Assembly: GCA_002633005.1 (NCBI GenBank)
Contig: NMRA01000115.1
Span: 73,996-137,995, forward strand
Length of the DNA stretch: 64,000 nucleotides
DNA from: Phoronis australis
Taxonomy: Eukaryota; Animalia; Phoronida
Direction of reading: 5' to 3'
Shown piece by piece: positions 25,001 through 37,969 of the stretch. The notes beneath the pieces are model-generated. The model saw nothing but the letters and a program-made list of their open reading frames with translations, was not told the origin of the DNA and made no database searches. The first letter of the stretch is position 1. Every line of letters starts with the position of its first letter. The position numbers and the translations under genes were made by a program.

Positions 25001-26850
25001 AAACATTAGTAAGGAAGTATTTCATCATTGGCTTTGAAGGTTGGACTAGGGTCTCAACAGCTTTAAAATGCTAGGGATGAACTTACATTTAAATTTAGAA
25101 GAAATGAAAGAAGTAAATTTTAAACCAAAGATTGATGAGACACGACATTTGATGACTGTCTGGTCTAAAAGGAAGTTGACGGTTTTTGGAAGATTTGACA
25201 TTTTGAAAACAATAATTGTCCAAAAGATGAATCATTTGTCTCTCCTTGGCCCTCTCGACGAAAAAGTAGAATATTCGAATAATATTTTTAAATTCATGTG
25301 AAGTACAAGATAGACTGCGTAAAAAGCAAACGTTTACCTAAAAAACAGAAGGTAAAGGAGTTAAGATGCCAATATAAAAATATTAAAGCTTTTTAAAATT
25401 CCATAGTTATTGCCGGATTCTAAGTGGACCAAAACTGAGACAAACAGACATGTAAAATGCATGTTATATTATGAAGACATGTATACACTTGCACCGATAG
25501 ATAATATTTTTCGAGAGATTGTTTGAAACATTGGAATAAATTTCAAGAAATGAAGCTTTCAATGACAAGCCAGGATACTACATCATTTAGGTTATTGTTT
25601 AAACAATGATTTACAAATTGAAAATCAATCGATCCATTATTAATGCTTTTAGGAAAATGGAGCATTTTATAGAAATGACTTTTTGGATCAACATAATATT
25701 TTTAGTTTGAAAATTTAAAAATGTATAAGCATTTAAAGGTATAAGTAATAATAAGTGCGGTTATAAATGACTGACTGGATGACCTGAATATTTTTTAGTT
25801 TTGAAAAATGAAATTCAATAAAAAGATAAACTTTCAAAGTTGTATGTCAATAATAAGTGATGTCTTAGAACACCATCTATAAACATTTAAGTCTCAAAAA
25901 TTGTGTAGGGCCATTCATTCCTCGAAACGAGGTTTATTTAGAACTTGGGTACTTCTGGCGAACTGTGCAAAGTTGTTGGCTTTCAATAGAGATTTTCCTA
26001 TACTTTGTATGAGCGCACCAAGCCTAAAAGAATGGGGGGCTGGAATTTTTGGGATTGTCTATCATTTATTATAAGATTCAGTGGGTATGTTCAGAGCTAT
26101 GAATTGCAGACTCTAAATTTTGGTACTTCCTGTCTTCTAGAGGAATATTGTCTATTTTCTACTTTTTTCGGAATTCGTGCTTTTGTGATTGAGGCAGACC
26201 TTTTTCCAGTTCTCCAAAAAGGGGGCTCGTTCGAGCACATAAGTATGACAAGTCCGATACAACATGTTATCATTTTTTATTCATTAACCCATAATGATTC
26301 AAACTTGTAACATAATAAGTAACTTAAAATGCACAATACTTTACAACATTTAGCATTACAAACACTATTCAACAGCAACAGTTTCCATGATATGAATGTG
26401 GACATACATGTAACTATTACCATGGTGACGGAATAGTGTTTTCTTACACCAGAATTTGACAAGCATCATTTAAAAAAATATGGAGTTGCAAGGAACAAGA
26501 ATTGGAGGCTTGAAGCTTTACAATCCAACATAGGTTATTTCTCAAATTAAGATTATTCATATTGTTGACTTGATAGCCTGAATTAAGAAGCAATAAATTA
26601 CAAAACATGACTTGAAAGCAATTGAGACTTAAAATTTAGAAAAATATGAATCATTTTGTGACACCGAATCAAGTCTTGAACAGCAGTTGACAGTCAAACA
26701 AAAAACCATTTCAAAATTATTTCAACTATTTTTTTAGCTTAGTGTAGGATCACCTGAATGGGAAATTTACAGTAAAATAATTCGAATACATCATATATTT
26801 TTGCACAAATCACGAAAATTGAACAAAGTTTCTTTTTTGTAGCAACGTTT
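22075..26850 (+). mobile_element. Highly degenerate L1/Tx1-clade LINE ORF2 (APE endonuclease plus RT), with nested insertions
   Basis: Fragments: MTKVYILSENCQG..KRR, Y-PNGDQPNLF, WKFDNSL, EANCIENGEQPTKYFQSLE, KSTGSDGF..FW.EL, QTGF, DFENA, G.QG.LLS, SHFAVD, WSKRKLTVFGR..LKTIIV. The 3' boundary is approximate. Confidence 0.75.
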
Positions 26851-27469
26851 GTCAAAATGTATCAACGTTAAATCTTCACAAATTACAAAGTAGCCGATTT
26901 AACATGCCTTTCAGTTCAGCAAGAGTCGCCATGTTGTCGGTGCCGCCAGAAATGAGGCGAAGTCCAACGGGGCTATTCGGAAAATTACAATAACTAGAGG
27001 GCGCGCGTGTACTAGTGGTGATAGATTAACAGCCTTGATTTCGCGAGCCCTTTAAATACATGGTGAAATGGCTTGCAGCCGTGCCAACTGAATCTGAGAT
27101 TGCGTGAAAAGGGTGCTTCTATGAGAGGAAGTAAGCACGACCTTATACAAAGGTAAGGTTTGTGATTATTTTAACGATTATTCCATGGTTGTTCTACCGA
27201 TGCCTGTTAACTGAGTTACTCGCCGGTGTCGACTTCGCGGCAGTCGCGAGTCGGGTTAATTTTTGTTTGTTGTGATATGTGATACGATACTTGACGTAGC
27301 AATCGGGATCTTTTCGTACATCAAAGCATTATTATTGTTTGGAATGATTTTTAACAGTTTATCAGTGACATTTACATCAATCAATGCTGAATGTTTATGC
27401 TGTCAACTTGGTACAGGTTAATGAGTTAAGATTACAATCCAAACCCACTGACAAAGCGGGGTACATGAC

Positions 27470-27850
27470 AAATATAAGTTTATTGAGACATATACACATG
27501 GCCATAGGCCCCAAGTATATCATGTACAAGACAGAACATTGTTAGGTGGCACGTTTCAAACCGGATAATACATTATGACGCCTGAGAGCGTGATGGACGA
27601 ATTTAATAAGTAGACTATCTGTAGTTCTCATGAGAGAATCAAATTTAGATGTCGTGGGAGAATGACAAAAACGATCACTTAAGTACTTAACCCGAAGGTC
27701 TTGGTACGCACTACAAACCAACACAACGTGGTATTCGTCCTCTACACACCCAGAATTTCATAACTCACACAACCTGTTTTCATAGGGAATATTTGTGTGG
27801 CGACCTCTTTCCACTGGTAACGAATGGTTTGAACATTGCATTAGACTATA
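27470..27850 (-). mobile_element. LINE 3' end fragment (C-terminal CCHC zinc-finger region) nested in the ISL2EU element
   Basis: CSNHSLPVERGRHTNIPYENRLCEL*NSGCVEDEYHVVLVCSAYQDLRVKYL..., followed by AATAAA on the minus strand. Confidence 0.8.
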
Positions 27851-28965
27851 TATTTACTCCCTATCATATGTCTTCTGGAAATCTATTACACGTTGAAATA
27901 GAAATCTATAACGTCTGTTTTCACGTAACCTTTGTTTTTTAGGTTTGAGGGCTTGTACCGTGCAAAGGAGATATGCATCGCTTCTGCACCGTCCCTGAAT
28001 GGACAAAAAATTGGTTTTTATTATTTGACTGCAGCTAACCAATAAGACCTTCCCATCCAGTGCAGATCTTTTGTCAAAGCCTACTTTCAATATTGGAGGC
28101 AACGAACAAAGCCTTTGAAAAGGAACAGCTATTTTTAAAGAAAGGTATGTAAGTCATTTTGTTAATTTACTTATTCAGGTCCTTACGGGGGGATTGGCAT
28201 GGGGGTTGGGGTTCTAATATTTGGTACAACTGAATGTGTGGAAATAACAGGTAATACATGTTTGGGGAAAAGAGCATGGTGAGGTTATTCTTAACCTTCA
28301 TGAAGTCCCTTCAAGTTGATTTCTTGAAACTGTTTTGCAACTTGTATCAATTGTAAACCCATGAAAATATCTTACATTTTCTGAATTCACAGTGACTGAA
28401 TAGTCTTAACTCATGCCTTGAAATGTTGCAAGTCGTTATAAATTCAAATGACTGCCATTTTTGTGAAAATTGCATTTTTGATGGTGCCTTACGATTTGTA
28501 ATTACTCTTAAACAACAGAAAGATCAATCATCAGTTCTAAACTGAATGACCCAAGTCTTCATATCTTCTATTAGAAGAAAAACTAAAAGTCTGAGAAACA
28601 GTTCCCTAAACCTTAGACTAGAAGTATTCTTGACCAACCCATGAACCAGTAATCAGAGGTTGAAATTGATGAAAGTATCAAAATTAAAAGGCTTGAAAAT
28701 GGATAACAAAGGTTTGAAATTGTCTAAAAAAATTGTATATTTTGCAGACAAGTGATGCGTTTAAAGAATTGTTATGGCTAGGAACAAAACTAAAGACACA
28801 GTTTTATGCAATACTTATTATATACACCCTTGGTTTCTGAACATAGTAATTATTTAATTTTATGTGAAACTGTAGAGCAGTCACCTAATATTTTTGAAAA
28901 ACAGGGATAACATTTTTACCCAATCTGGAGTACTTAATTATTCATATTTCAATATTTGTTCCAGG

Positions 28966-29480
28966 TTCACTGACATTTTAAAGCCACTTCAAGCTGTATC
29001 ACAGACAAGCTTTGTTACTCCTTTCTCTTCCCACAGCACTTCCACACGCCACCAATGCTGCATGGCACAATGTACAAGTCAGTGGCCCTGGAGAAATGTG
29101 AATCGCAGTACTAAGTTACCATAAGACAATGAGCCAGGGGACTGTCTGTGTATTCAGACGAACTATATCTGACTGCTACACAAATAAGCCTTGTTGGTGA
29201 GGATGCCCTTTCATAGGCAATGAGTCATGTGTGGGCAATAGCTTATTTCCTTTCCTGGAAGAAACATGAGGGACTGAAGCTAAAGAAGACCTAGTGACAC
29301 TCTGGTCTACTTCAAGGGTCTGATTTTTTGCTCAAAACGATTCAAGTGATATGCTGCTGTGTTTACTTTCAAGGGTCTAATTGTGGATGTCATTGAGGCT
29401 GAGCGAGGTAACATGAAAGAAAGTCACATGTCGAAACTGGATCTTTTTTACAAGCGCTTCTATAGGCCATTGAAACCAGA
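28966..29480 (+). pseudogene. YqaJ-like (lambda exonuclease family) domain remnant
   Basis: FHTPPMLHGTMYKSVALEKCE..GLSVYSDELYLTATQISLVGEDAL.. and VFTFKGLIVDVIEAER..MSKLDLFYKRFYRP match the YqaJ pattern AM.HG..YE..A / GL.+...P+L.ASPDGLV / M+.KL..FY. Stops and frameshifts are present. Confidence 0.65.
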
Positions 29481-30229
29481 TCCCCATGAAATGAAAGCCA
29501 AAAGCTGAGTGAATTAAATTTTCCTTTCAGACGAAAGGCTTTATACTATTGGCAAAACTTTTCAATTTGGTACACATTATGGGGAAATGACACTCAGTGA
29601 CTACATCGATTGTCTTATTGCATGTTTTCAATTGTAGCTAGCTAGATAAGAATCTGCTATGCACAAGATTCGAGAATAAACAATTAACAGTGAATTTAAA
29701 AACAAATGGCAAATTGAAAAAGCACAGAATGGCAAATTGAAAAAGCACAGAAAGAAACAACATTGCGACAGAGTCCATAATCAGGCATATCAAGTGCTAA
29801 TTTCTGAATTAGGTTCAATTCTCTCAGGTTATTGCTGAAGGATTGTTTTTCACTTTGTCCAAAGGTAAAATAGATGATCGGGCGGTTGGTTTCAGTTGTT
29901 TTGTCTCACCTGTAACAGAATAGTCGGTGAAATATTAGCAAATTGTAAAGGAAAAGACAAGACAAAACTACTTTTGTAAGGAAGAACATACATTTCATCT
30001 TCATGTTTAAGTGTAGAAACTAATAACCTTTGTACCCAAGTCTTATTTAATATCTTAATGAAAATACATGTATGTGAAACAGGCTAAAAGTGATTTAACA
30101 ATGTGTATTTTTCAAGACACTTAAAATGCGCTTCTGATCTCAGCAAGTAAAATTCATTCTAGGTGTCATTTTTTTCCAATGCAATGTTACGACATTTACT
30201 GAATTAAGGCTTATTTATGTTAATTCGAT

Positions 30230-30790
30230 AACTGATCTGGTAGTCCTGGGGTTGGGTTCCGCGATAAAATAAGGAAAGTCACTCATTTAGAGAATTTTAT
30301 TGGAAACAGCATAGTTTTGAAGAGAAACTGCTGTGAAAAAGTCACCCTTGACTTCTGTGCATCAAGTACCATACACATCTTATTTTGGGAGCACTCCCCA
30401 CCCAGGACAATATGAATATGTGCTGCTAGCCTACCCGGCATCGGGTGAGTTTCCTAAAAGAAACACTTAGTTCCACTCAATAAACCTGTCATTCAGTGGG
30501 GTAACTGGTGGGGATAACACCACCGAACGATGCTGATAGAAACTTGATTGCTAAAAACCTACCAAGTAATGTTGTGTAGTCTCCGAATGGATCTGCATAG
30601 TCATAGAGCACACACTGGGCTTCGGCATCCACACACTTTTTGTCAGTTACTTGACCCTTTTGACCGCAATTGTCCACGAATATAGTAACCTTAGGTCTTT
30701 TGGGAATTTTTAGCCACCTGTCGAAGACATGCACCAGGGAAGTTAGCAGTAATAAGGCTTAGCGCGACGACGTATTTTGATAACAATTCC
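30230..30790 (-). pseudogene. THAP domain and start of a Harbinger-type DDE transposase, decayed
   Basis: Minus strand KFPKDLRLLYSWTIAVKRVK..WMPKPSVCS (THAP FP..W..P..VCS), then a CTEVK fragment resembling the DxTE motif. Confidence 0.55.
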
Positions 30791-31904
30791 ATCTTTTACC
30801 AGTTGTTTACATGCAGACAGCCACGCATGCGCAATTCAATCACCACTAGTACAGCAGCGATACCGCGAGGTGAGTTCTCTTAATAGCCCCATTGTGAGCA
30901 CTTTTATCACTTAATAAGTAACAACTGCGAGGCTGAAATTTGGTGAACACTGTTAAATCGTGCAGAATAGTGTAAAGATATGTCTAACTAAATTTCACCG
31001 CAATTTGTTGGCGAAAACAATTTACACAAAATTTTAAACTCGTAACTAATCCCGCTGTCCTCCCACAATATGGCCGACGCGATCCAAACAAAGTGACCCA
31101 AATTTCGCCACAAAACTTGCAATAACTTTACAGTGCTTGCCCCGATTTTGATACTTTTTAGATTTTTACTGAGTAGAATGCACTACCTTTCCGATGATAG
31201 CAAAGTACTTTTTCAAAACGAGAAAAAAAATAAAACCGAAAAAAAATAGGTTCGACCCATATTGGTTCCTAGGTTCGACCGGCCTACGTAAGGAACTAAA
31301 CACCAATGCTATTTTAACATACTAAGTACGCATAACATTCCAAAAAACATCAACGACCACTAACTACAAACTATAAATACACTACATATGAAAACGAATC
31401 ACGAGATATTACTAACAAAACAAAATAATGAACATATTTCGAGCAAGCGATAGCACATTCAGTTACAAGGAAAAAATGGCGGCTTTCAGGACAAGTTCCT
31501 GAACTGATGAGCTGGAAATGTGGGTACGGAAATAACCGACGACAACCGGTAATCATACGCTCCGAGAGAAGGGTCAAATACTGTTCAAAAATCGCTTTTG
31601 GCAAGAAAGGCGAAAAGAATATAAAGAAAGGGTGTCGAAAATAAGATTTTATGTAGTAAGTATTTTCGGATACTGGAACCACATGGGCAGTTTGAGAGAA
31701 GGACTTCCTCGTCAAAAAAAGGATGACGCTAACCTGGGTTCCAGGAAAGGTGGTGTGATTGTAATTAGCGTAATTAATTAACGTAAGGAGTGAAATAAGA
31801 AATTACACCTTTGTATTGACCTACAGTTGGTGTATTTAATATGTCCAAAAGTCATTCGGCCCAATTTAAAGCTACATGAAACGCCGAAGGCCAGGACTTC
31901 TTCT

Positions 31905-34900
31905 TTACGACAGACCCTAGTCAAGTGCATTGTCTGTCAAGGCCTCAGGTTGTGTATGTCACCTCTTATATTGACCAACCAAGCGACACTGTTCGATTCG
32001 AGCTTTGTCGACTTATTTCTTCAAACGAGATTCACGCTACATGTACCGCTAGCCAATGTTGTACGCTATAGTTAACCACGTCACTCATGACATAGTATAA
32101 AACTGGAGTCAGTGTAAGAAAATAGCAGATACGTTGGATAGTGACAAGCAAAACAATCGCTTCACAGGTTGAAGTTGCAAGTACCTTCGAAAGATTCATT
32201 TTGGCCCAGCCATTTTTGATAGCTGACAACGAAGAGCGTGTGTTATTTCAACAACCATGAATTCGTCAGACAATATAAGAATTTGGTTTCTTGACAACAC
32301 AGTATCTTTGTATTTTAAGGGAGCTTTTGTAGCAGTGCAGGTACTTTGGATATTTTTCACATCGTTCAGCAATGGATTGACGATTTACTGCATTTTCAAA
32401 TATAAACTCTGGAAAAAGTCCCACAACGTTTTCATCGTTGGCCTTGCTGTAACTGACTTTTTGGTCGGCGCGGTGGTCATACCCATAGACATATGGCGCA
32501 AGGTTGTCGTTCAAGTGTTGTGGGCAGACAGTGGAACGCCGAGTGGGGTGGATTCAACTATATCTGGATGCATGGTCCTCATTTTTGTCACCGTTTTGCC
32601 GATAATTTGCTCCTACGTCTTCATCATGCTTATTTCAGTGGACCGAGTTATCAGCATAGCTTTCCCTCTTTTTCACCATACAGATTCGAGTATTAAAAGG
32701 AATGCTTCGGCTGTTATTGTCGGTTGCCTCCTAAGTACCAGTGTTCTTGGTGCTTCGTGCCTGATCCCAGTAATCACCGATTCGTCTTACAACCCCTTAA
32801 CCGAGACCTGTAACTACAACCTCTTGCCTAAAAAGATGAGAATAATAACTTCTGTTGTAACTGGTGGCGTGTCATTGTCAGTCAGCTACGTTTGTCACGG
32901 ATATGTCGCCTACAAGGCATGCAGATCGCGAAATGCAGTAGCTCCGGCCAATAACGTAGTATTGAATAAAATCAAAATTGCAAAGGGAACGTTCTTAATC
33001 CTGGGCACGTTCACTGTGTGCAACATGCCAATCGTTTTGCTGAAAAGCTTGCTGGTAAGGGAGAATTTTACACCTACTGTTCAGTACCTTGACCACATCT
33101 TTCCGAACCTCTCCTACCTCAATTCGGTAATAAATCCAATTATATACTCATATTCCTATCCTGAGATAAGAAAATCCGTCAAGATGGTGTTGCATATGGT
33201 AATTCAAAGACAAACGGCACATTCGTCAGAGTAATCTAGAACATTAATCGAGCGTTAATCAGGAAGAGTTGCCTAAGCACTGCTGATTGTGGTGCGGACA
33301 TTGAGCACGTAATGACGCCAACTATCTCTCTAAATAGTCCGACCAAAATCAAAGAAACTGTGATAATTGCGACTTCAAGAAGACGTCCGGTTTTAGGTCT
33401 TACTGGATTTAAATTTATTGTTTAATTAGTGAGTCACAGCTGCAAACGTTTTGATACAAATGATGAGGTAATCTGTAGGATATATGTTAGGCATCTTTTC
33501 ATTCTGGCAATTTTGAACATTCCCGTTGTTAGAATATATATATTGTAAAAATTAATAATTCTTTGTTCTACCCAAATCTCTACAATGCAGAGATAATCTT
33601 TCGTGATGACTTTTTCCGTAGTAAAAGCTAGATATATGGAAAAATTTAAAGAAAGGTATGACTTGAAGGATGACTCTATCATACCTTGGTATTCGGTGGC
33701 GACGGCTTTGAGGACTGTATTATACTAAGTAAGCTCTCGGGAGAGTTCCCGTTCCCTTCTAGAGGAGTGGTTAAATAGTTGTACCGGCGGGACAGGTGGA
33801 GTTTTCCGCTGTGTAATTGTCGCGAGATACGATCCACAACACTGTTTCCGGTTATGTACAAGACGAACGTGCGACCTCCGTGTCTGTTAAGTAGTGCATT
33901 AAAAGCCTTATTGAAGATCATTTGACCTCCTTAATTCCTCATTAGGCTTTTAATCCATCACGAAACCATGAAATATTCATTTGTTTTCTTTGACACGACG
34001 CATGACTTGTGTGGGATCTTTGGCCATGCACAGTTAGTGTATACAAAAACTGCAATAAAATTTGTGATGAAGCACAAATACCATTGCCTTTTCAGTTTTC
34101 GGTAGGATGGCGCAGTGTCTCTGTGTTGCGCATACATTTACATGTAGTAATACTTCACCACCAAGTGGCCTCAAGGCTAAACAGGATTGTGTTCATTCGC
34201 TCTAATTTAATCATGGGAAAGTCTATGCGTTCTATAATGACGCTCTAGTTAATTTTATAAGCCTTCAATTACCGGTCTCGTGGTCCAGACCATTACAAAA
34301 TGGTGGAAAACGTAGAAATCTAAATTCTTATTAATCAGATTCCGCCAGTGTTGTCAAAAACAATTCTGACACAGCTTTCAAATGTCCCTCAAACCAATAG
34401 ACACTTTTCTTTGAGCTGACTATGTCAAGAAATTAAAAGGTGTAATAAAGACGAAAGTCAATGACATGGTGAAACAATGACTGTGTTGCATTTCCAGAAT
34501 TATGTGCTAGTATTTAAATGAATATCGAAAAAGCAGTCACAAATTAAACAAAGAAATTATTAGTCTCACTAAATCATAAACTCATTCAAAATGACCGGAA
34601 GGATGAGGTTTTCCTACAACTGTAGTTCTCTTATGCAACAACTCGAACTAGTTAATAAAACACATGACTAAAATCAGCAAGTTTACGTTCAAGGATTGTG
34701 TTGCCATCAAATTTGTCGAAAGTGCTATAAATAGTCTTTATGAATTTTTCCTCCAGCACAATTTCCATTAGTCCTCAAAGGACTTGTGACTGAAGTCCCG
34801 TCGCAATCTCCGTCGACTTGGTATTATTGACATTAATTAAAACATATTTTGAGGCAATCTATCATGGGTTATACAGTAGTATTAGTGTTGACAGATAGTG

Positions 34901-35770
34901 TGTTAAGCATCGCTTAAGATTATTTAAAAGCTTATTCACCGAAATTGGCCGTTTTTCCAATATTTGACTCATGCCTAGCAATATACCTTATATTAATTAT
35001 CGAGGAGCTTTAAATACGAAATATATATCGTGTAGTGAGAAAAGAAAGATTTAGCAGAACGACCTTCGACCGTGAGTAGAAATTTGTTTACTACTTATCC
35101 CAGGTCAAAGGTTATAGGGCTGTCATTCAAATCAAATCTCGCCTGAGGCATAGAGTAATTCCGTTTATACCATGTTCTTTCATCCACCCAGTCGCTATCA
35201 CATTGAGTAAGCAAGGTGTACATGGGATAGAAAAGCGGTGGGGAAAATGAAAACTAAACGTATAGTACTTTTGATACTGAGGGAGCTGCGCGTCTGTATG
35301 CATACACATGTACGATCGTTGAGAACAAATGCACCGCGTAGGCGTCGCCCCACCGTCTATGTGACTGTGTTCACGACTCAGGAAGTTGCGAAAAGATGTA
35401 AATCCTCAACCAAATTCATTAACTCGATCGGTAATTTGATTTTTTGCGGTGTCAATCTCGTCCTCACGACGCACTTTAACTAATGACTCGCGATTTCTGT
35501 AGTCCGCGTCGTATTTGTTTTCATACCAGTCCTTGGCGTGCTTTTGGTGTGTATCACAAGGAACTGTTCACCTACAAAACTTAACAGCTGACCCCACCTT
35601 GACCTACCATGACTCGAGGCCATTTACAAAATTAAAACGTTTTAGTGAAGATTATGTTAATTGCGCACCGCAAATTCAGTTGGCATTGCGAGTAAATTTT
35701 GATATGGCCAATATGGTGAAGGCACGTATAGGTAATGTTGACCAAAAACAAGTTTTTACCTAGTAACTTT
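31905..35770 (+). repeat. Segmental duplication copy B
   Basis: Collinear with about 6300-10908. Lacks the 8231-9732 insertion and has its own extra segment at about 33880-34495. Confidence 0.9.
32257..33234 (+). CDS. Intronless class A GPCR, paralog B, 325 aa
   Basis: Open 325-aa ORF with the same 7TM motifs (SNGL, LAVTD, DRV, FTVCNMP, NSVINPIIY); about 86% identical to 6666-7646 by manual count. Confidence 0.93.
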   Translation: MNSSDNIRIWFLDNTVSLYFKGAFVAVQVLWIFFTSFSNGLTIYCIFKYKLWKKSHNVFIVGLAVTDFLVGAVVIPIDIWRKVVVQVLWADSGTPSGVDSTISGCMVLIFVTVLPIICSYVFIMLISVDRVISIAFPLFHHTDSSIKRNASAVIVGCLLSTSVLGASCLIPVITDSSYNPLTETCNYNLLPKKMRIITSVVTGGVSLSVSYVCHGYVAYKACRSRNAVAPANNVVLNKIKIAKGTFLILGTFTVCNMPIVLLKSLLVRENFTPTVQYLDHIFPNLSYLNSVINPIIYSYSYPEIRKSVKMVLHMVIQRQTAHSSE

Positions 35771-37360
35771 GCTCATACTTTACAAGCACATTTGCAGTAC
35801 CTTAAGCTGTATCATGGTATTGGCCAGGATGCATTTACGTATGATCGAATACAACCTTCACTGGGCTCTCAGCCGTCAGGCATATCCATGTATGGCCTTC
35901 CTAAAACTCACAAAGGGAATGTTTCGCGTAGGCCGATCGTTTCTTGTGTTAGACCTTATACACTTGGCTTTGCAATAATTTTGGTCAGTAGTATGACACC
36001 ACTTTGTGACACTAACTTCATGCTCAAGAATTTGTTTGAGTTTTTAGTGATATTAAAGCTCTTCGTGGTGCCCCATACAACTGTAGTTGAATGCTGACGA
36101 ATAGTAAGCCTGTTTGCCAATGTTCCGGTCGAAGGCACTAGCTAGGCCTACTGCCTGGACTTACTGTTTTGTAACACTGACTTGGTGAGCATCGTCGATA
36201 CAATTCAGGTTAAATGGAATTGCTACTTGATTGATGATGGATATTTTAATCAAAAGGGCAGAGATTTCAGGAGTGGTCTTTAGGGACCAGTTTTAGCTAA
36301 TATATGGATGTGCCACCTTTAAGACATTGCACTTAGAGATTGACCTAATGCGTTTACTGTTTACTACAGACGTTATGAAGATGACGTTTTATTGATTAGT
36401 AATGACCGTAATGATAGATTTCGGTGACTGTGCTCTCTCTGCACTAGCATTATGTTCACTAGGAAGCAGATACTAATAATTCTCGGCATTTTTAATGTTG
36501 ATAACTCTTGGTGATTCTGAATTTGTTACTGAAATGTGTATCTTAATTACTTTCTCAGTTCTATACTTAATAGGATACAAAACCCAGTTTTGGCCTATTA
36601 AGGAGTGTTAAAAACAATTTTCCCATCCTACTTTCTGAAACAAAATAATGCTCTGTAGCGCTCGACAACCCTCAAAAGTTTGGAGGAAAATTTAAAACTC
36701 GATTCAAAGTCTGCTAAACAGGCAAGTGTTACTTACATGTATGCTTATTTAGCGAATTACCGGTAACTGTGGGGAAAGACCACCCAGAAAGAGCTATAAT
36801 ATCCAATTCGTGACATAGGGAATATTAAGTTATTCCTGTTTTTATCTTTCAAGATTGACACCAATGATGCTTCAGCAGGTGATAAAACGAGGAATGGTTG
36901 AAATAATCCAAACGCAGTGTATAATCCTTTTAAGGTGAGACAGTTACGTACATGTACCTAGAAAGCAAAACCTGCCTTAGTTACCACCGTTGGTAAACAA
37001 AGCTTGGACAGTCTGTAGTCATTCCTATCTTTTCGATATGAAACTTATTAACTCACCTTTGCTTGGCAACGGCTACCCTAGTACACTTATTGATTCTTGC
37101 ATTCGTAGATTTTTGGAGAGACAGTCTCCTGCTTCCATGCAAGGTCCTGAACAGGATAAGGTCGTCATCGAGTTACATTATAGTAGTTTTTCATCTGTCA
37201 GGTTACTGGCAGCTATTGGCCATCGAGTAAAATTGGTCTCTGTATTAATGCCATCTATGAGACCTGTACTTATGCCAAGGCTTAAGAAGAAATTTAAAAA
37301 AACGAACAATAATGCGGTGTCAGTTGCTGACATTGTGAGGATTGTTACATGGGTATGACC
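35740..37360 (+). mobile_element. Degenerate Penelope-like reverse transcriptase
   Basis: MYGLPKTHKGNVSRRPIVS, SLFANVPVE, LGPVLANIWM, YYRRYEDD and VNKAWTVCS..LLGNGYPSTLIDSCIRRFL are Penelope RT and thumb motifs; frameshifted. Confidence 0.82.
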
Positions 37361-37969
37361 ACCAGAATTCTGCATAGCAGACTGACCAAAGAACTCTAGC
37401 CCCTGGATGTCAACTCTCGCTCGTGACCAATGTACTCTAAAACCACCAACAAAAGTTAGGGAAGTTTTATTCACTCGCCCGTGTTTTTATTATTTTTGGT
37501 TTAATTAAATCATATTGCATACCAATGACAAGCCCAGTCATTCTCTTTTCCAGCAGTAACCGCATTCCGTCAATATTTTTGTGTTTAGGAAAGAGTGTTC
37601 GGTCTCAAAGTGAATGTTGCAAATTCAGTTGGGGCTAAATGTGTATTCAAGTTAAAAAATTCAGCTTTTTCTATACCAATTACAGTGCTGGCTCCATGTT
37701 AATAAACTTATAACAATTTGGCAACATTTTATTGAACAACTGACTAATAGACAGTGGTCGTAGACTTGATACACAACAGTAAAAATGTTTTCTCTGTACC
37801 ACAGTGGTTGTGTTGCTTACTTTAGTGCATACAGCACATCCGAGTTGGTCCCACAGGTGTTCGATAGGTTCAAGGCCGGGCTTCATGCGGGCCATTCCGT
37901 TTTCTGTACATTTGAAGAAAGCTGCAAACTGGCACTCCAAACGCAATTTGCACAGTTGCAATTAAGTAT

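Larger units (their letters stand above)
26969..30890. mobile_element. ISL2EU-type DNA transposon derivative (3.9 kb) with convergent decayed THAP/DDE and YqaJ exonuclease genes
   Basis: Termini AC|GGGGCTATT ... AATAGCCCC|AT (AT TSD with one mismatch), plus subterminal inverted GTACTAGTGGTGAT / ATCACCACTAGTAC. YqaJ-like remnant on + strand, THAP remnant on - strand. Confidence 0.75.

Noticed and set aside
29705-29750. 23-bp tandem duplication AATGGCAAATTGAAAAAGCACAG
   Set aside because: An ordinary slippage duplication inside a dead transposon.
31504-31535. CTGATGAG...GGAAA as another hammerhead
   Set aside because: No complementary stem II or stem I could be formed.
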